35,242 nt of DNA from Burkholderiales bacterium (GTDB lineage: Bacteria; Pseudomonadota; Gammaproteobacteria; Burkholderiales; SG8-41). Made by a program: the position numbers and the translations under genes. The stretch's first letter is position 1. Each line of letters begins with the position of its first letter. The notes below the pieces were generated by a model. It was not told the origin of the DNA. It did not search any database and saw only the letters and a program-made list of their open reading frames with translations. Below, in pieces: positions 27,051 to 35,242 of the stretch. The stretch spans positions 1 through 35,242 of the forward strand of contig JAIESJ010000049.1 of assembly GCA_019746155.1 (NCBI GenBank), given 5' to 3'.

Positions 27051-28574
27051 TCATCCCTCAACTTCATCGAGGCCGACCTTGGAGCGCCAGTCCTTGCTCT
27101 TGAAAATGAGCGGCTTGATGCTGAGCAGGAACAGCAGCACCCCCAGGCCCAGCATCGTGGTCGCGATCGGGCGCTCGAGGAATATCCCGTAGTCGCCGGC
27201 GCTCATCGCCAGTGATTGGCGCAGGCTGAGTTCCAGCATCGGCGAGAGCACCAGCCCCAGCGCCACCGGAGCAAGATCATAATCGAACTTGCGCAGCACA
27301 TAGCCGATACCGCCCATGATCAGCATGATCCAGACGTCGATCATGCTGTTGCTCACCGAATAAGTGCCGAGGATGCAGAAAGCGAGAATGCACGGATAAA
27401 GATAGGCATACGGGATGCGCAGCAGGTTGACGAACAGCCCCACCATCGGCAGATTGAGAACCAGCAGCACGACGTTGCCCACGTACATACTGGCGACGAA
27501 CCCCCAGAACAGCTCCGGCTGCTGCGAGATGAGCAGCGGGCCCGGTGATATGCCATGCACCATGATCGCGGCGATCATCACCGCCGTGACCGGGCTCGTC
27601 GGAATGCCGAGCGCCATCATCGGTACGAAAGCGCCGGAGGCCGCGGCATTGTTGGCCGACTCGGGCCCCGCCACGCCTTCGATCGCGCCTTTGCCGAAAC
27701 GTTCGGGATGCTTCGACATGCGCCGCTCGATGCCGTATGAAACAAACGAGGAGATGATGTGCGCGGAGCCGGGAATGATGCCGATCATGAAGCCGAGCAG
27801 GCTGCCGCGCGCGATCGGGCCGACCGACAGCCGGAATTCCTCGCGCGAGGGTATCAGATCGTGGAGCTTGGGATTCTGCACCTTGGGCGCCGCATCCTGC
27901 CCCGCGGTGAGCAGGATTTCCGAGATGCCGAACAGCCCCACCGCCACCGGCACAATGCCCACGCCGTCACCCAGTTCCACCAGGTCGAAGCTGAAGCGCG
28001 TGTAACCGCTCATCGCGTCGATGCCGATCATGCCAAGCATCAATCCCAGCCCCGCCATCGCCAGGGTCTTCAACATCGACCCGCCGCTCATGTAAGCGAG
28101 AATGAACAACCCCATCATCAGCAGCGCGGTATATTCCGGAGGACCGAACCGCAATGCAAATTCGGCGAGCGTAGGCGCGAGCAGCATGAGACCGACCACA
28201 CCCGCGGTCCCCGCTATGAAAGATCCGATTGCCGCGATCGCCAGCGCCGGGCCGGCGCGCCCGTTCTGCGTCATCGCATAACCATCGACGCAGGTCATCA
28301 CCGACGCCGCCTCTCCGGGAATCCGCATCAGGATGGAGGTGGTGGAACCGCCGTACATCGCGCCGTAATACACGCCGGACAGCAAGACGATGGCGATGAT
28401 GGGATTGAGGCCGAAAGTTGCAGGCAGCAGCAGGCTGATTCCCGCGAGCGGCCCCAGCCCAGGCATCATGCCGACCAGGGTGCCGATGATGCAGCCAACG
28501 AAAGCATAAACCAGCACCGAAGGGCTGAGCGCGACGGAAAAACCGAGCAGCAGATTATTAAAAGTCTCTAACAC
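27051..28574 (-). CDS. tctA: Tripartite tricarboxylate transporter large permease TctA
   Basis: GTLVGMMPGLG, YYGAMYGGS, IPGEAAS, GVAGPESANNA, LGIPTS. Confidence 0.95.
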   Translation of the reverse strand: MLETFNNLLLGFSVALSPSVLVYAFVGCIIGTLVGMMPGLGPLAGISLLLPATFGLNPIIAIVLLSGVYYGAMYGGSTTSILMRIPGEAASVMTCVDGYAMTQNGRAGPALAIAAIGSFIAGTAGVVGLMLLAPTLAEFALRFGPPEYTALLMMGLFILAYMSGGSMLKTLAMAGLGLMLGMIGIDAMSGYTRFSFDLVELGDGVGIVPVAVGLFGISEILLTAGQDAAPKVQNPKLHDLIPSREEFRLSVGPIARGSLLGFMIGIIPGSAHIISSFVSYGIERRMSKHPERFGKGAIEGVAGPESANNAAASGAFVPMMALGIPTSPVTAVMIAAIMVHGISPGPLLISQQPELFWGFVASMYVGNVVLLVLNLPMVGLFVNLLRIPYAYLYPCILAFCILGTYSVSNSMIDVWIMLIMGGIGYVLRKFDYDLAPVALGLVLSPMLELSLRQSLAMSAGDYGIFLERPIATTMLGLGVLLFLLSIKPLIFKSKDWRSKVGLDEVEG

Positions 28575-29014
28575 TAGAATCCCCAGGGGCTGCGCGGCAG
28601 CGGCACGTGGAGCAGGTCGCCCACCACATAAAAGGAAATCAAACCGAAGCCGAACGAGACCAGCAACACCGGCAGCGGCCGCCTGCGCTCAATTACACCC
28701 AGGAAGAAAATCAGCAGCGCGATCACGGTAATCCGGTAACCGATGTGCTCCAGCGCAAAGGCGCCGACCGCGCTTGCCACCATGATCACCAGCGCGCGCA
28801 TTGCCCCCGACCAGCGGATTGCAGCCAGCGGCTTTGATTTGCCGCCCCACAACGCGATCAACAGCCCCGTCGCGCCCAGGAAAACAGCGAGCAGCAGCGG
28901 CATGTACCCCGGTCCGGGCTCCTGCAGCGAACCGACCGGATAGGCGCGGTTCTGCCACCCCAGGTACAGCGCGAGCAGGAGCAGCATCAATCCGGAAAAC
29001 TGGTCGCTGCGCAT
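28574..29014 (-). CDS. tctB: Tripartite tricarboxylate transporter small permease TctB
   Basis: PGPGYMP, 4 TM, LHVPLP; TAGTG overlap with tctA. Confidence 0.9.
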   Translation of the reverse strand: MRSDQFSGLMLLLLALYLGWQNRAYPVGSLQEPGPGYMPLLLAVFLGATGLLIALWGGKSKPLAAIRWSGAMRALVIMVASAVGAFALEHIGYRITVIALLIFFLGVIERRRPLPVLLVSFGFGLISFYVVGDLLHVPLPRSPWGF

Positions 29015-29083
29015 GCTTCTCCCCCCTGGTGTCTAAATGTTGTCCTAAGCCATGTTGTCAAATGCCTGTGAACCGTCCGCCTG

Positions 29084-30061
29084 CTACTTGGTCTCGACCT
29101 TGCCGACGATCTTCACCAGCGCCGCGAGACGCTTGGCGTCGGCCTCCCAGTATTTTTGAAACTCGGGCGCATCCATGTACTGGACCGGCGAGTTGACCTT
29201 GGCCATCGCACTCCTGAAATCCGGATCTTCGGCCGCCTTGCGCGCCGCATCGCGCAGCACTTTCATCACGGGCTCGGGCGTGGCCCTGGGCGCGAACATC
29301 CCGGCCCAGATGTAGTATTCGACGTCCTTGTAACCGAGTTCCTTGAAAGTAGGGACCTCAGGATACGCCGGATGCCGCTGGGCGCCCCAGCTCACGATCG
29401 GGCGCAGCTTGCCGGCCTTGACATGGCCGCTGATCGCCGCCGGGCCGCCGGCGGTCATTTCGACGTGTCCGCCGAGCACCGCGGTGATGGCGGGGCCGCC
29501 GCCGGTAGTAGGCACATGCCGCATCTTGAGCTTGGTCGCATGCAGGAACATTTCCATCGGCATATGCAGCGCACCGTAGACGCCGGAAGAGGAGTATGAC
29601 ATCTGACCGGGCTTGGACTTGGCAAGCGCCACCAGTTCCTTCAGCGACTTGACCGGCAGAGAGGGGTGCACCACCAGAATCGTCGGGTCGGCCGAAATCA
29701 GGGCAATGGGGGCAAACTGGTCGAGCGAGTAGGCCGGCTTGCGGTTGAACAGTTCATCGGCAGCCGGAATGACCGAAATGCTGGAGAGCGCCATCAGGAT
29801 GGTGTAGCCATCTGGCTTGGCATTGGCGACGGCGGCATTGCCCACTGCGCCTCCGGCGCCGGGGCGATTGACCACCGCCACCGGCTGCTTGAGCACTTTT
29901 TCCATCGCCGCCGCCGTCGGTCGGCCGGTGATGTCCGCCACCCCGCCCGGCGGGAACGGCACGATCATCGTGATCGAATGATTGGGAAACACTTCCTGCG
30001 CCGCCGCCGGCGCGCCAGCCAGCGCCAACAGCGACGCGGCAAAAATCAGCCTTGCTTTCAT
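29084..30061 (-). CDS. tctC: TctC/Bug substrate-binding protein
   Basis: Signal peptide; PFPPGGVAD, NRPGAGG, DGYT, GGGPAITAVLGGHV. Confidence 0.92.
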   Translation of the reverse strand: MKARLIFAASLLALAGAPAAAQEVFPNHSITMIVPFPPGGVADITGRPTAAAMEKVLKQPVAVVNRPGAGGAVGNAAVANAKPDGYTILMALSSISVIPAADELFNRKPAYSLDQFAPIALISADPTILVVHPSLPVKSLKELVALAKSKPGQMSYSSSGVYGALHMPMEMFLHATKLKMRHVPTTGGGPAITAVLGGHVEMTAGGPAAISGHVKAGKLRPIVSWGAQRHPAYPEVPTFKELGYKDVEYYIWAGMFAPRATPEPVMKVLRDAARKAAEDPDFRSAMAKVNSPVQYMDAPEFQKYWEADAKRLAALVKIVGKVETK

Positions 30062-30087
30062 TGTGTTGTCTCCTCAGAAAAATTGGC

Positions 30088-31068
30088 CTATTTTTCGGTG
30101 ACTTTCCCGATGCGCTGGATGACCTGGGCGAGCTTCTGGGCATCTTTGTCCCACCACGCATTGAATTCGTCGGCATCCTGATAGGCGATCGGCGTGCGGA
30201 TTTTTTCCATGCCTTTGACGAATTCGGGGTCGTTCACCGCCTTGCGCACCGCCTCACGCAGCGTGTTGAAGACCTGAGGCGGGACGTTCTTCGGAGCGAA
30301 CAGCCCGCCCCACAGGTAGTACTCGATATCATAGCCCTGCTCCTTGAACGTCGGCACCTCGGGGAAGGCCTCGAGCCGCTTCTCCCCCCACTGCGCAAAC
30401 GCGCGCACTTTGCCGCTCTTCAAGTGCGGCGCGGCGATATTGGGCGGGCTGGCCCAGGTCACCGCATGGCCGCCCAGCACCGCGGTCATTGCCGGCGCGC
30501 CGCCGGTGGTGGGCAAGTGACGCATCTTGAGATTCGCGGCCTGCAGGAACATTTCAAAGGGCACATGGGAAGCGCCGTACAGCCCGGACGAGGAAAAAAT
30601 CATCTCACCCGGTTTTTTCCTGGCGAGCGCCACGAACTCCTTGAGGTTTTTCGCGGGCAGCGAGGGGTGGACCACCAGCATCGGCGGGTCGGCGGTAATG
30701 CGCGCAATGCCGACGAACTGGTCGCGGGTGTAGGCCGGCTTGTGCCCGAACAGCTTGTCCCGCTCCGGCAGCGCCGAGATGCTCACGAGGTGCAGAATCA
30801 GCGTATAACCATCAGGCGCCGAATTGGCAACGACCTGCGAGCCGGTCGCGCCCGCCGCGCCGGGCCGGTTCTGCACCACCACCGGCTGCTTGAAAATGCG
30901 CTCCAGCACGGGCGCGAGCTGGCGTGCCGTCAGGTCCGAGGTGCCTCCCGGGGGAAACGGCGAGACGATGGTGATTGACTTGCTCGGGTAATGATCCTGC
31001 GCACCCGACAACCCCGGCACGAACAGACACAAGCCCAACAGCACAGTTTCTAGATAATGATTCTTCAT
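30088..31068 (-). CDS. tctC: TctC/Bug substrate-binding protein (second paralog)
   Basis: Signal peptide; PFPPGGTSD, NRPGAAG, PDGYT, GGAPAMTAVLGGH. Confidence 0.92.
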   Translation of the reverse strand: MKNHYLETVLLGLCLFVPGLSGAQDHYPSKSITIVSPFPPGGTSDLTARQLAPVLERIFKQPVVVQNRPGAAGATGSQVVANSAPDGYTLILHLVSISALPERDKLFGHKPAYTRDQFVGIARITADPPMLVVHPSLPAKNLKEFVALARKKPGEMIFSSSGLYGASHVPFEMFLQAANLKMRHLPTTGGAPAMTAVLGGHAVTWASPPNIAAPHLKSGKVRAFAQWGEKRLEAFPEVPTFKEQGYDIEYYLWGGLFAPKNVPPQVFNTLREAVRKAVNDPEFVKGMEKIRTPIAYQDADEFNAWWDKDAQKLAQVIQRIGKVTEK

Positions 31069-31107
31069 GACTTGCTCCTCCTATGCTTGACTTAAAGCTA
31101 TTAATAA

Positions 31108-32064
31108 TTATGCCGCTGCTACGCGGTTGCTAAGACGTCCTATGCCTTCGATCTCACACGTCACCACATCACCCGGCTGCATATAGCCCCTGGGGGCGAC
31201 GATATCCCGGCGCATCGGTTTCTTTCCGCCGAGTTCGGGATCGGTGCCCCAGGCCGTACCGCCCGGCGTGCCGGTGGCAATCACCACCCCCGGCTTGAGT
31301 GTCACGAAAGTCGAGAAAAAAGCGATCAGTTGCGCGCAGGTCCAGATCATCTTGGCGGTCGAGTTGTTCTGCCGCAATTCGCCGTTGACCCAGGTCTTGA
31401 GTTGCAGGTTCTGCGGATCCGGAACGTCGGCGGCGGTAAGGATCACCGGCCCCATCGGGGCGCAGGTATCGAAATTCTTGCCGGGACCCAGGTTGTAGAC
31501 CGAAGAACCGTCGGGACGCAATGTAACCTGGCGGTCGCGCGCCGTGACGTCGTTGACGATAGTATAGCCGAACACATGTTCCAGAGCCCGCTCGACCGGG
31601 ATGTGGCGTCCAGGCTTGCCGATCACGATCGCGAGCTCGGTCTCGTAATCAAGTTTTTTTGTCACCCGCTCGTCGCGGATAATGTCATCGTCGGGGCCGA
31701 TGACCCCGAGCGCGGTCTTGATGAAAAATTCCGGATCCTTGCGCGTCACTTCGGGTTTTTCATCGCGGTGGTCCCAGTAGTTCTCGCCGCTGCACAGAAT
31801 CAGCGCCGGGTCGAGGGGCGCCTTGAGCCTGACCCTGTCGGCTGCCACGCCGCCGGCACCGCTACGCTTTGAGTTCTCAAGCGCAGCGTGCGCAGCCTGC
31901 ATGCCCTCTTCCCCCGCGGCAATCAGCCGAGTCATGTCGCTCAAGGCGGCGAGCAGCGCGGGCCGGGTGCCGACGGGGCAGGCATCGAGCAGGTCGATGA
32001 CCTGCCCGCCGTCGAGCACCCCGAGCCGTACCGCGCCGTTTCTGTCATACCGAACAAATTTCAT
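31108..32064 (-). CDS. Fumarylacetoacetate hydrolase family protein
   Basis: GENYWDH, DYETELAIVIG, NDVTARD, GKNFD, TGTPGG. Confidence 0.92.
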   Translation of the reverse strand: MKFVRYDRNGAVRLGVLDGGQVIDLLDACPVGTRPALLAALSDMTRLIAAGEEGMQAAHAALENSKRSGAGGVAADRVRLKAPLDPALILCSGENYWDHRDEKPEVTRKDPEFFIKTALGVIGPDDDIIRDERVTKKLDYETELAIVIGKPGRHIPVERALEHVFGYTIVNDVTARDRQVTLRPDGSSVYNLGPGKNFDTCAPMGPVILTAADVPDPQNLQLKTWVNGELRQNNSTAKMIWTCAQLIAFFSTFVTLKPGVVIATGTPGGTAWGTDPELGGKKPMRRDIVAPRGYMQPGDVVTCEIEGIGRLSNRVAAA

Positions 32065-32088
32065 GTTTTTTCCGAAAACAAAAGTCTA

Positions 32089-32110
32089 GACACAAAGGAC
32101 ACGAAGGAAA
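32089..32110. repeat. Single arm of a 9-nt-period repeat (CACAAAGGA/CACGAAGGA)
   Basis: GA-CACAAAGGA-CACGAAGGA-AA in an AT-rich intergenic gap; same period and CAC...AG frame as 20009-20036. Confidence 0.45.
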
Positions 32111-32181
32111 AACAAGAACAAATAGCAACCGACAATCTCAAAAACCTTAACATACTGCTTCTCGTCGTTGCTTTTGGCTTT

Positions 32182-33072
32182 TTATCCGACCGGATTCTCC
32201 AGCGTGCCGATCGGCTCGATGGTGATCGTCACCACGTCGCCTTTCTTCAGGAATTTCGGCGGGTCGAAACCTATGCCCACCCCGGCGCAGGTACCGGTCG
32301 CGATCAAGTCTCCCGGCTCCAACGTCATCACGCGCGACAGGCACTCGATCAGTGTCGGGATGTCGAAAATGAGCTGGCTCACCATCGCGTCCTGGCGCAC
32401 TTCGCCGTTGACGCGCGTGGTGAGATGCAACTTGCCGACATCCTTGATCTCGTCAGCGGTGACGATGCACGGCCCCATCGGGCAGTAGCCGTCGAGGCTC
32501 TTGCCGAGAAACCACTGGCGATGGCGCTGCTGCAGCGTACGCGCAGTCGCGTCGTTGATGATAGTGTAGCCATAGACGTGATCGAACGCCTTGTCTTTGC
32601 CGATGTTGCGGCCGCCCTCGCCGATGACCACCGTCAGTTCGCCTTCGTAGTCGGTGGAATCGGTATAGTCGTTGTCACTCGGGATCGGCTCACCCGGCCC
32701 GATCACCGAATTCGGCCATTTGGTGAACATGATCGGCACGTCCGGGATCGCCTCCTTGGCGCTCGCGTCAAAGCCGCTCGAATGGAATTCCTTGGCATGA
32801 TCGTGGTAGTTCTTGCCGACGCATAGAATGTTTTTCGCCGGCCGTGGAAACGGCGCAAGCAGCTTCACGCCTGAAACAGGGATGCGGCCTTCCCCGCTTT
32901 TCACCGCGCGGCGCGCGCGCTGCAGGCCTTTCTTGCCGAGCGCGATGAAAGCCGTCATGTCGCGCGGCAGACGCGTCGTCGCAGAAAGATCTACTATTTC
33001 ATTTGAGACAGGATCATGCACTCCGATGCGCCTGCCTTTGGCATCGGAGAAAGTCACTAAACGCATTAACAA
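32182..33072 (-). CDS. Fumarylacetoacetate hydrolase family protein (start may be 33066)
   Basis: CVGKNYHDH, DYEGEL, NDATAR, WFLGKSLD, TGTCAGVG. Confidence 0.92.
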   Translation of the reverse strand: MLMRLVTFSDAKGRRIGVHDPVSNEIVDLSATTRLPRDMTAFIALGKKGLQRARRAVKSGEGRIPVSGVKLLAPFPRPAKNILCVGKNYHDHAKEFHSSGFDASAKEAIPDVPIMFTKWPNSVIGPGEPIPSDNDYTDSTDYEGELTVVIGEGGRNIGKDKAFDHVYGYTIINDATARTLQQRHRQWFLGKSLDGYCPMGPCIVTADEIKDVGKLHLTTRVNGEVRQDAMVSQLIFDIPTLIECLSRVMTLEPGDLIATGTCAGVGIGFDPPKFLKKGDVVTITIEPIGTLENPVG

Positions 33073-33223
33073 TGCTCCTCGGTTGGTTTTCTGTTCAATC
33101 CAAGCAAAACACGCGATGGGTGAAGGGTCGATTTTTGACCATTTGAATCATTGGTGTCAACCGTACGGTCGCACGCACACGGAAAATTGCTCTTGACTTT
33201 CAGTAGGCGGTTTCGGCAAATTA

Positions 33224-33244
33224 CAACCAATATGACATTGGTTG
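33224..33244. promoter_or_regulatory. Palindromic operator at the GntR start
   Basis: CAACCAAT-atgac-ATTGGTTG perfect 8-bp inverted repeat with FadR-type ACCA/TGGT half-sites. Confidence 0.6.
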
Positions 33245-33919
33245 AGAGCCTATAACTTGGACACGCTCCCGCAACTCGTATCCGCCCTCGAAAAGCGCCT
33301 GGCACTGGGACGGCGCCAGACACAAAGCCGGCTGCCTACCGAGCGCAAACTAGCCTCGCAATTGGGAATCACCCGTTCCGCGCTGCGCCGGGCACTCTCC
33401 GTCCTGGAGGCCGACGGCAAGATCTGGCGGCATGTCGGACGCGGCACGTTCACCGGCCCGCGACCGGCGGCGGAGCGGTCGACGCTGACGCTGGTGGCAC
33501 GCCAGACCAGCCCTGCCGAAGTAATGCAGGTGCGGCTAATCATCGAGCCCGAGACGGCGGCGCTGGCGGCGCGTCACGCCACCGCGGCGCAGATCGAGCG
33601 CATGGCCACCTGTGTGCGCAAGAGCCGCGCCACCAGCGACGTTGCAACCTACGAATTATGGGACAGCAATCTGCACCGCACCATCGCCGAAGCCGCGGGC
33701 AACTTGCTGCTGCTGGCGCTGCTCGATGCGGTCAACGCGATTCGGGAAGAGAACATCTGGGGCAATCTCAAGAAGAAGACGCTCACGCGCCAGCGGCAGA
33801 ACCTTTACTCCCGCCAGCATGAATCCATCGTCAAGGCCATCAGCACCCGCGACAGCCAGGGAGCGCAGCGCTGCATGCGTGCCCACCTCGAAACGGTCAG
33901 CCGCGACTTGGCTGGATAA
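33242..33919 (+). CDS. GntR/FadR-family regulator (FCD domain)
   Basis: RLPTERKLASQLGITRSALRRAL..GRGTF; DSNLHRTIAEAAGN, QHESIV, MRAHL. Confidence 0.9.
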   Translation: MRAYNLDTLPQLVSALEKRLALGRRQTQSRLPTERKLASQLGITRSALRRALSVLEADGKIWRHVGRGTFTGPRPAAERSTLTLVARQTSPAEVMQVRLIIEPETAALAARHATAAQIERMATCVRKSRATSDVATYELWDSNLHRTIAEAAGNLLLLALLDAVNAIREENIWGNLKKKTLTRQRQNLYSRQHESIVKAISTRDSQGAQRCMRAHLETVSRDLAG

Positions 33920-33924
33920 TCGTC

Positions 33925-34494
33925 TTAACGGTACGGCTTGGGAAGCCAACGTACCTGCCGTTTGAGCAGATAGTCGATCAACGCGATCTGGTCGCCGAAA
34001 AACTCCCGCGCAAAATCCCCGTAAGTGGCTTCGCTCAGCGCCACGTGCGCGTCCGCTTCGCCGTACTCCGTGACAACCCGCATGCCGGCCTTGCGCGCGA
34101 GATGGAGCATGATCTGGTTTTCGGCCAGGCAGTGCATATAGAGCTTCTTGTAGCCAAAATTCTGCGCGTGGAGCTTGCCGCGGTTCAGGAGTGCATAGCC
34201 GAACCCCCTGCCGCGATGCGCCGAATCGACGCTCAGGCCCAGCTCCGCCGTACCGCTATCGGACTCGAGCGCAAGATGCGCCACGCCCGAGAGCGTAAGG
34301 TCGGGCTCGAAGATGCCGAATACCCTATCGCGCGTAAAATCGATACTCCTCACGTAGCGCTCGACCGCAGCATCGCTCACGTACGTGCCGAAACGCAACC
34401 GCCGGTCCTGCGCCGACAGTCGCGTCAGATGACGCGCAATCTCCCCGCGCTGGAATGCGACAAGTTTTTGCACCACCGCTCCAGTATGCATCAT
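33925..34494 (-). CDS. GNAT-family N-acetyltransferase (true start may be a GTG ~6 codons downstream)
   Basis: DRRLRFG, AELGLSV..HRGRGFG acetyl-CoA motif A, LAENQIMLHLARKAG. A TTGACT-N16-TATGAT promoter-like sequence overlaps the first ATG. Confidence 0.85.
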   Translation of the reverse strand: MMHTGAVVQKLVAFQRGEIARHLTRLSAQDRRLRFGTYVSDAAVERYVRSIDFTRDRVFGIFEPDLTLSGVAHLALESDSGTAELGLSVDSAHRGRGFGYALLNRGKLHAQNFGYKKLYMHCLAENQIMLHLARKAGMRVVTEYGEADAHVALSEATYGDFAREFFGDQIALIDYLLKRQVRWLPKPYR

Positions 34495-34529
34495 ACGTTC
34501 AGCCTAAGATCAGTCAAGGGTTACTATAC

Positions 34530-34650
34530 TGCGCTGCAACATTTCTTTTGACAAGCCCAATCCGAAGCGGTTCTGCTTCATATTTTGTTGTTTTTAATTG
34601 AGAAATATTTACACTTTTCGAAAAACACGGCCTCGATATTGTGCAATGCA
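34530..34650. promoter_or_regulatory. Two TGC-N3-GCA (PhaR-like) boxes
   Basis: TGCGCTGCA at 34530-34538 and TGCAATGCA at 34642-34650 in an AT-rich divergent intergenic region. Confidence 0.45.
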
Positions 34651-34711
34651 ACCAAGTTGATTCCGGCATCACTCCGAGCCATGCTGGTGAGCCTCCATTA
34701 CACTCGCGTTC

Positions 34712-35242
34712 ATGTCAAAGCGCATCATCGACGTGCAGCCGCATGAAATCGCCGCGCTGTTATGGTCGTTCGCCTATTTCTTCTGCCTGCTGTGCGGCTA
34801 CTACATCCTGCGGCCGGTGCGTGACGAGATGGGCATACAGGGCGGCGTGCAAAACCTGCCGTGGCTGTTCACCGCGACTTTCCTTACCATGCTCGCGGTG
34901 GTGCCGCTGTTCGGCTGGCTTGCGGCGCGGTATCCGCGCCGTGTGATGCTGCCGGCGGTTTACTGGTTTTTCATCGCCAATCTGCTACTGTTCCTTGCCG
35001 CGTTCCAGGTCGCCGCGCTCAAGCCGTATGTCGCACGCGTGTTTTTCGTGTGGGTCAGCGTGTTCAACCTGTTCGTGGTATCGGTGTTCTGGAGTTTCAT
35101 GGTCGATCTGTTCAGCGCTGAGCAGGGCAAGCGGCTGTTCGGTTTCATCGCCGCCGGCGGCACCTGTGGCGCCATCGCCGGGCCCGCGCTGACCGCAGGG
35201 CTGGCCGCCCCCCTGGGGCCAATCAACCTGCTGTGCGTGTAG
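34712..35242 (+). CDS. NTT/TLC-like (ATP/ADP translocase family) MFS transporter, N-terminal part
   Basis: YYILRPVRDEMG, LPWLF, VSVFNLFVVSVFWSFMVDLF, KRLFGFIAAGGTCG. The final TAG coincides with the window edge; full members are much longer. Confidence 0.85.
   Translation: MSKRIIDVQPHEIAALLWSFAYFFCLLCGYYILRPVRDEMGIQGGVQNLPWLFTATFLTMLAVVPLFGWLAARYPRRVMLPAVYWFFIANLLLFLAAFQVAALKPYVARVFFVWVSVFNLFVVSVFWSFMVDLFSAEQGKRLFGFIAAGGTCGAIAGPALTAGLAAPLGPINLLCV

Noticed and set aside
34712-35242. Link between FAM173-like methyltransferases (human ANTKMT methylates the ADP/ATP carrier) and this ATP/ADP translocase-like gene
   Set aside because: NTT/TLC proteins are unrelated to mitochondrial carriers, and the gene is 15 kb away; coincidence.

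Overview
GC-rich (Betaproteobacteria-like, inferred from gene content) chromosomal window with about 28 intact or edge-truncated CDS, several deletion-scarred gene relics and many non-coding signals. In order: a complete yybP-ykoY (Mn2+/alkaline pH class) riboswitch with terminator ahead of a CbbR/CmpR-type LysR gene, back-to-back with the 5' part of a second, divergent yybP-ykoY element; a collapsed qmoB-hdrC relic; enoyl-CoA hydratase; convergent sigma32-driven hsp20 and htpG; an ABC importer operon with an embedded DUF3422 gene. Next is a ~9.5 kb cluster (11473-20918) in which every intact SAM-binding protein looks exported: three signal-peptide FAM173/aKMT-like methyltransferases plus a relic copy, a lipoprotein methyltransferase, a 7-TM SpeE-like fusion, a secreted MBL-fold hydrolase and a coupled APC permease. 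The cluster is interrupted by a MITE-like element and vapBC. The rest is a tLST/LHR-like psiE-degP-ftsH module behind a sigma32 promoter with a clpB 5' scar, a divergent hsp20 triplet with an FNR-like box, a GntR/FAH/tripartite tricarboxylate transporter locus, a GNAT and an NTT-family transporter. The best candidates for an undescribed system are the extracytoplasmic methylation cluster and the paired-riboswitch LysR switch. All family calls come from motif recognition, not database searches.
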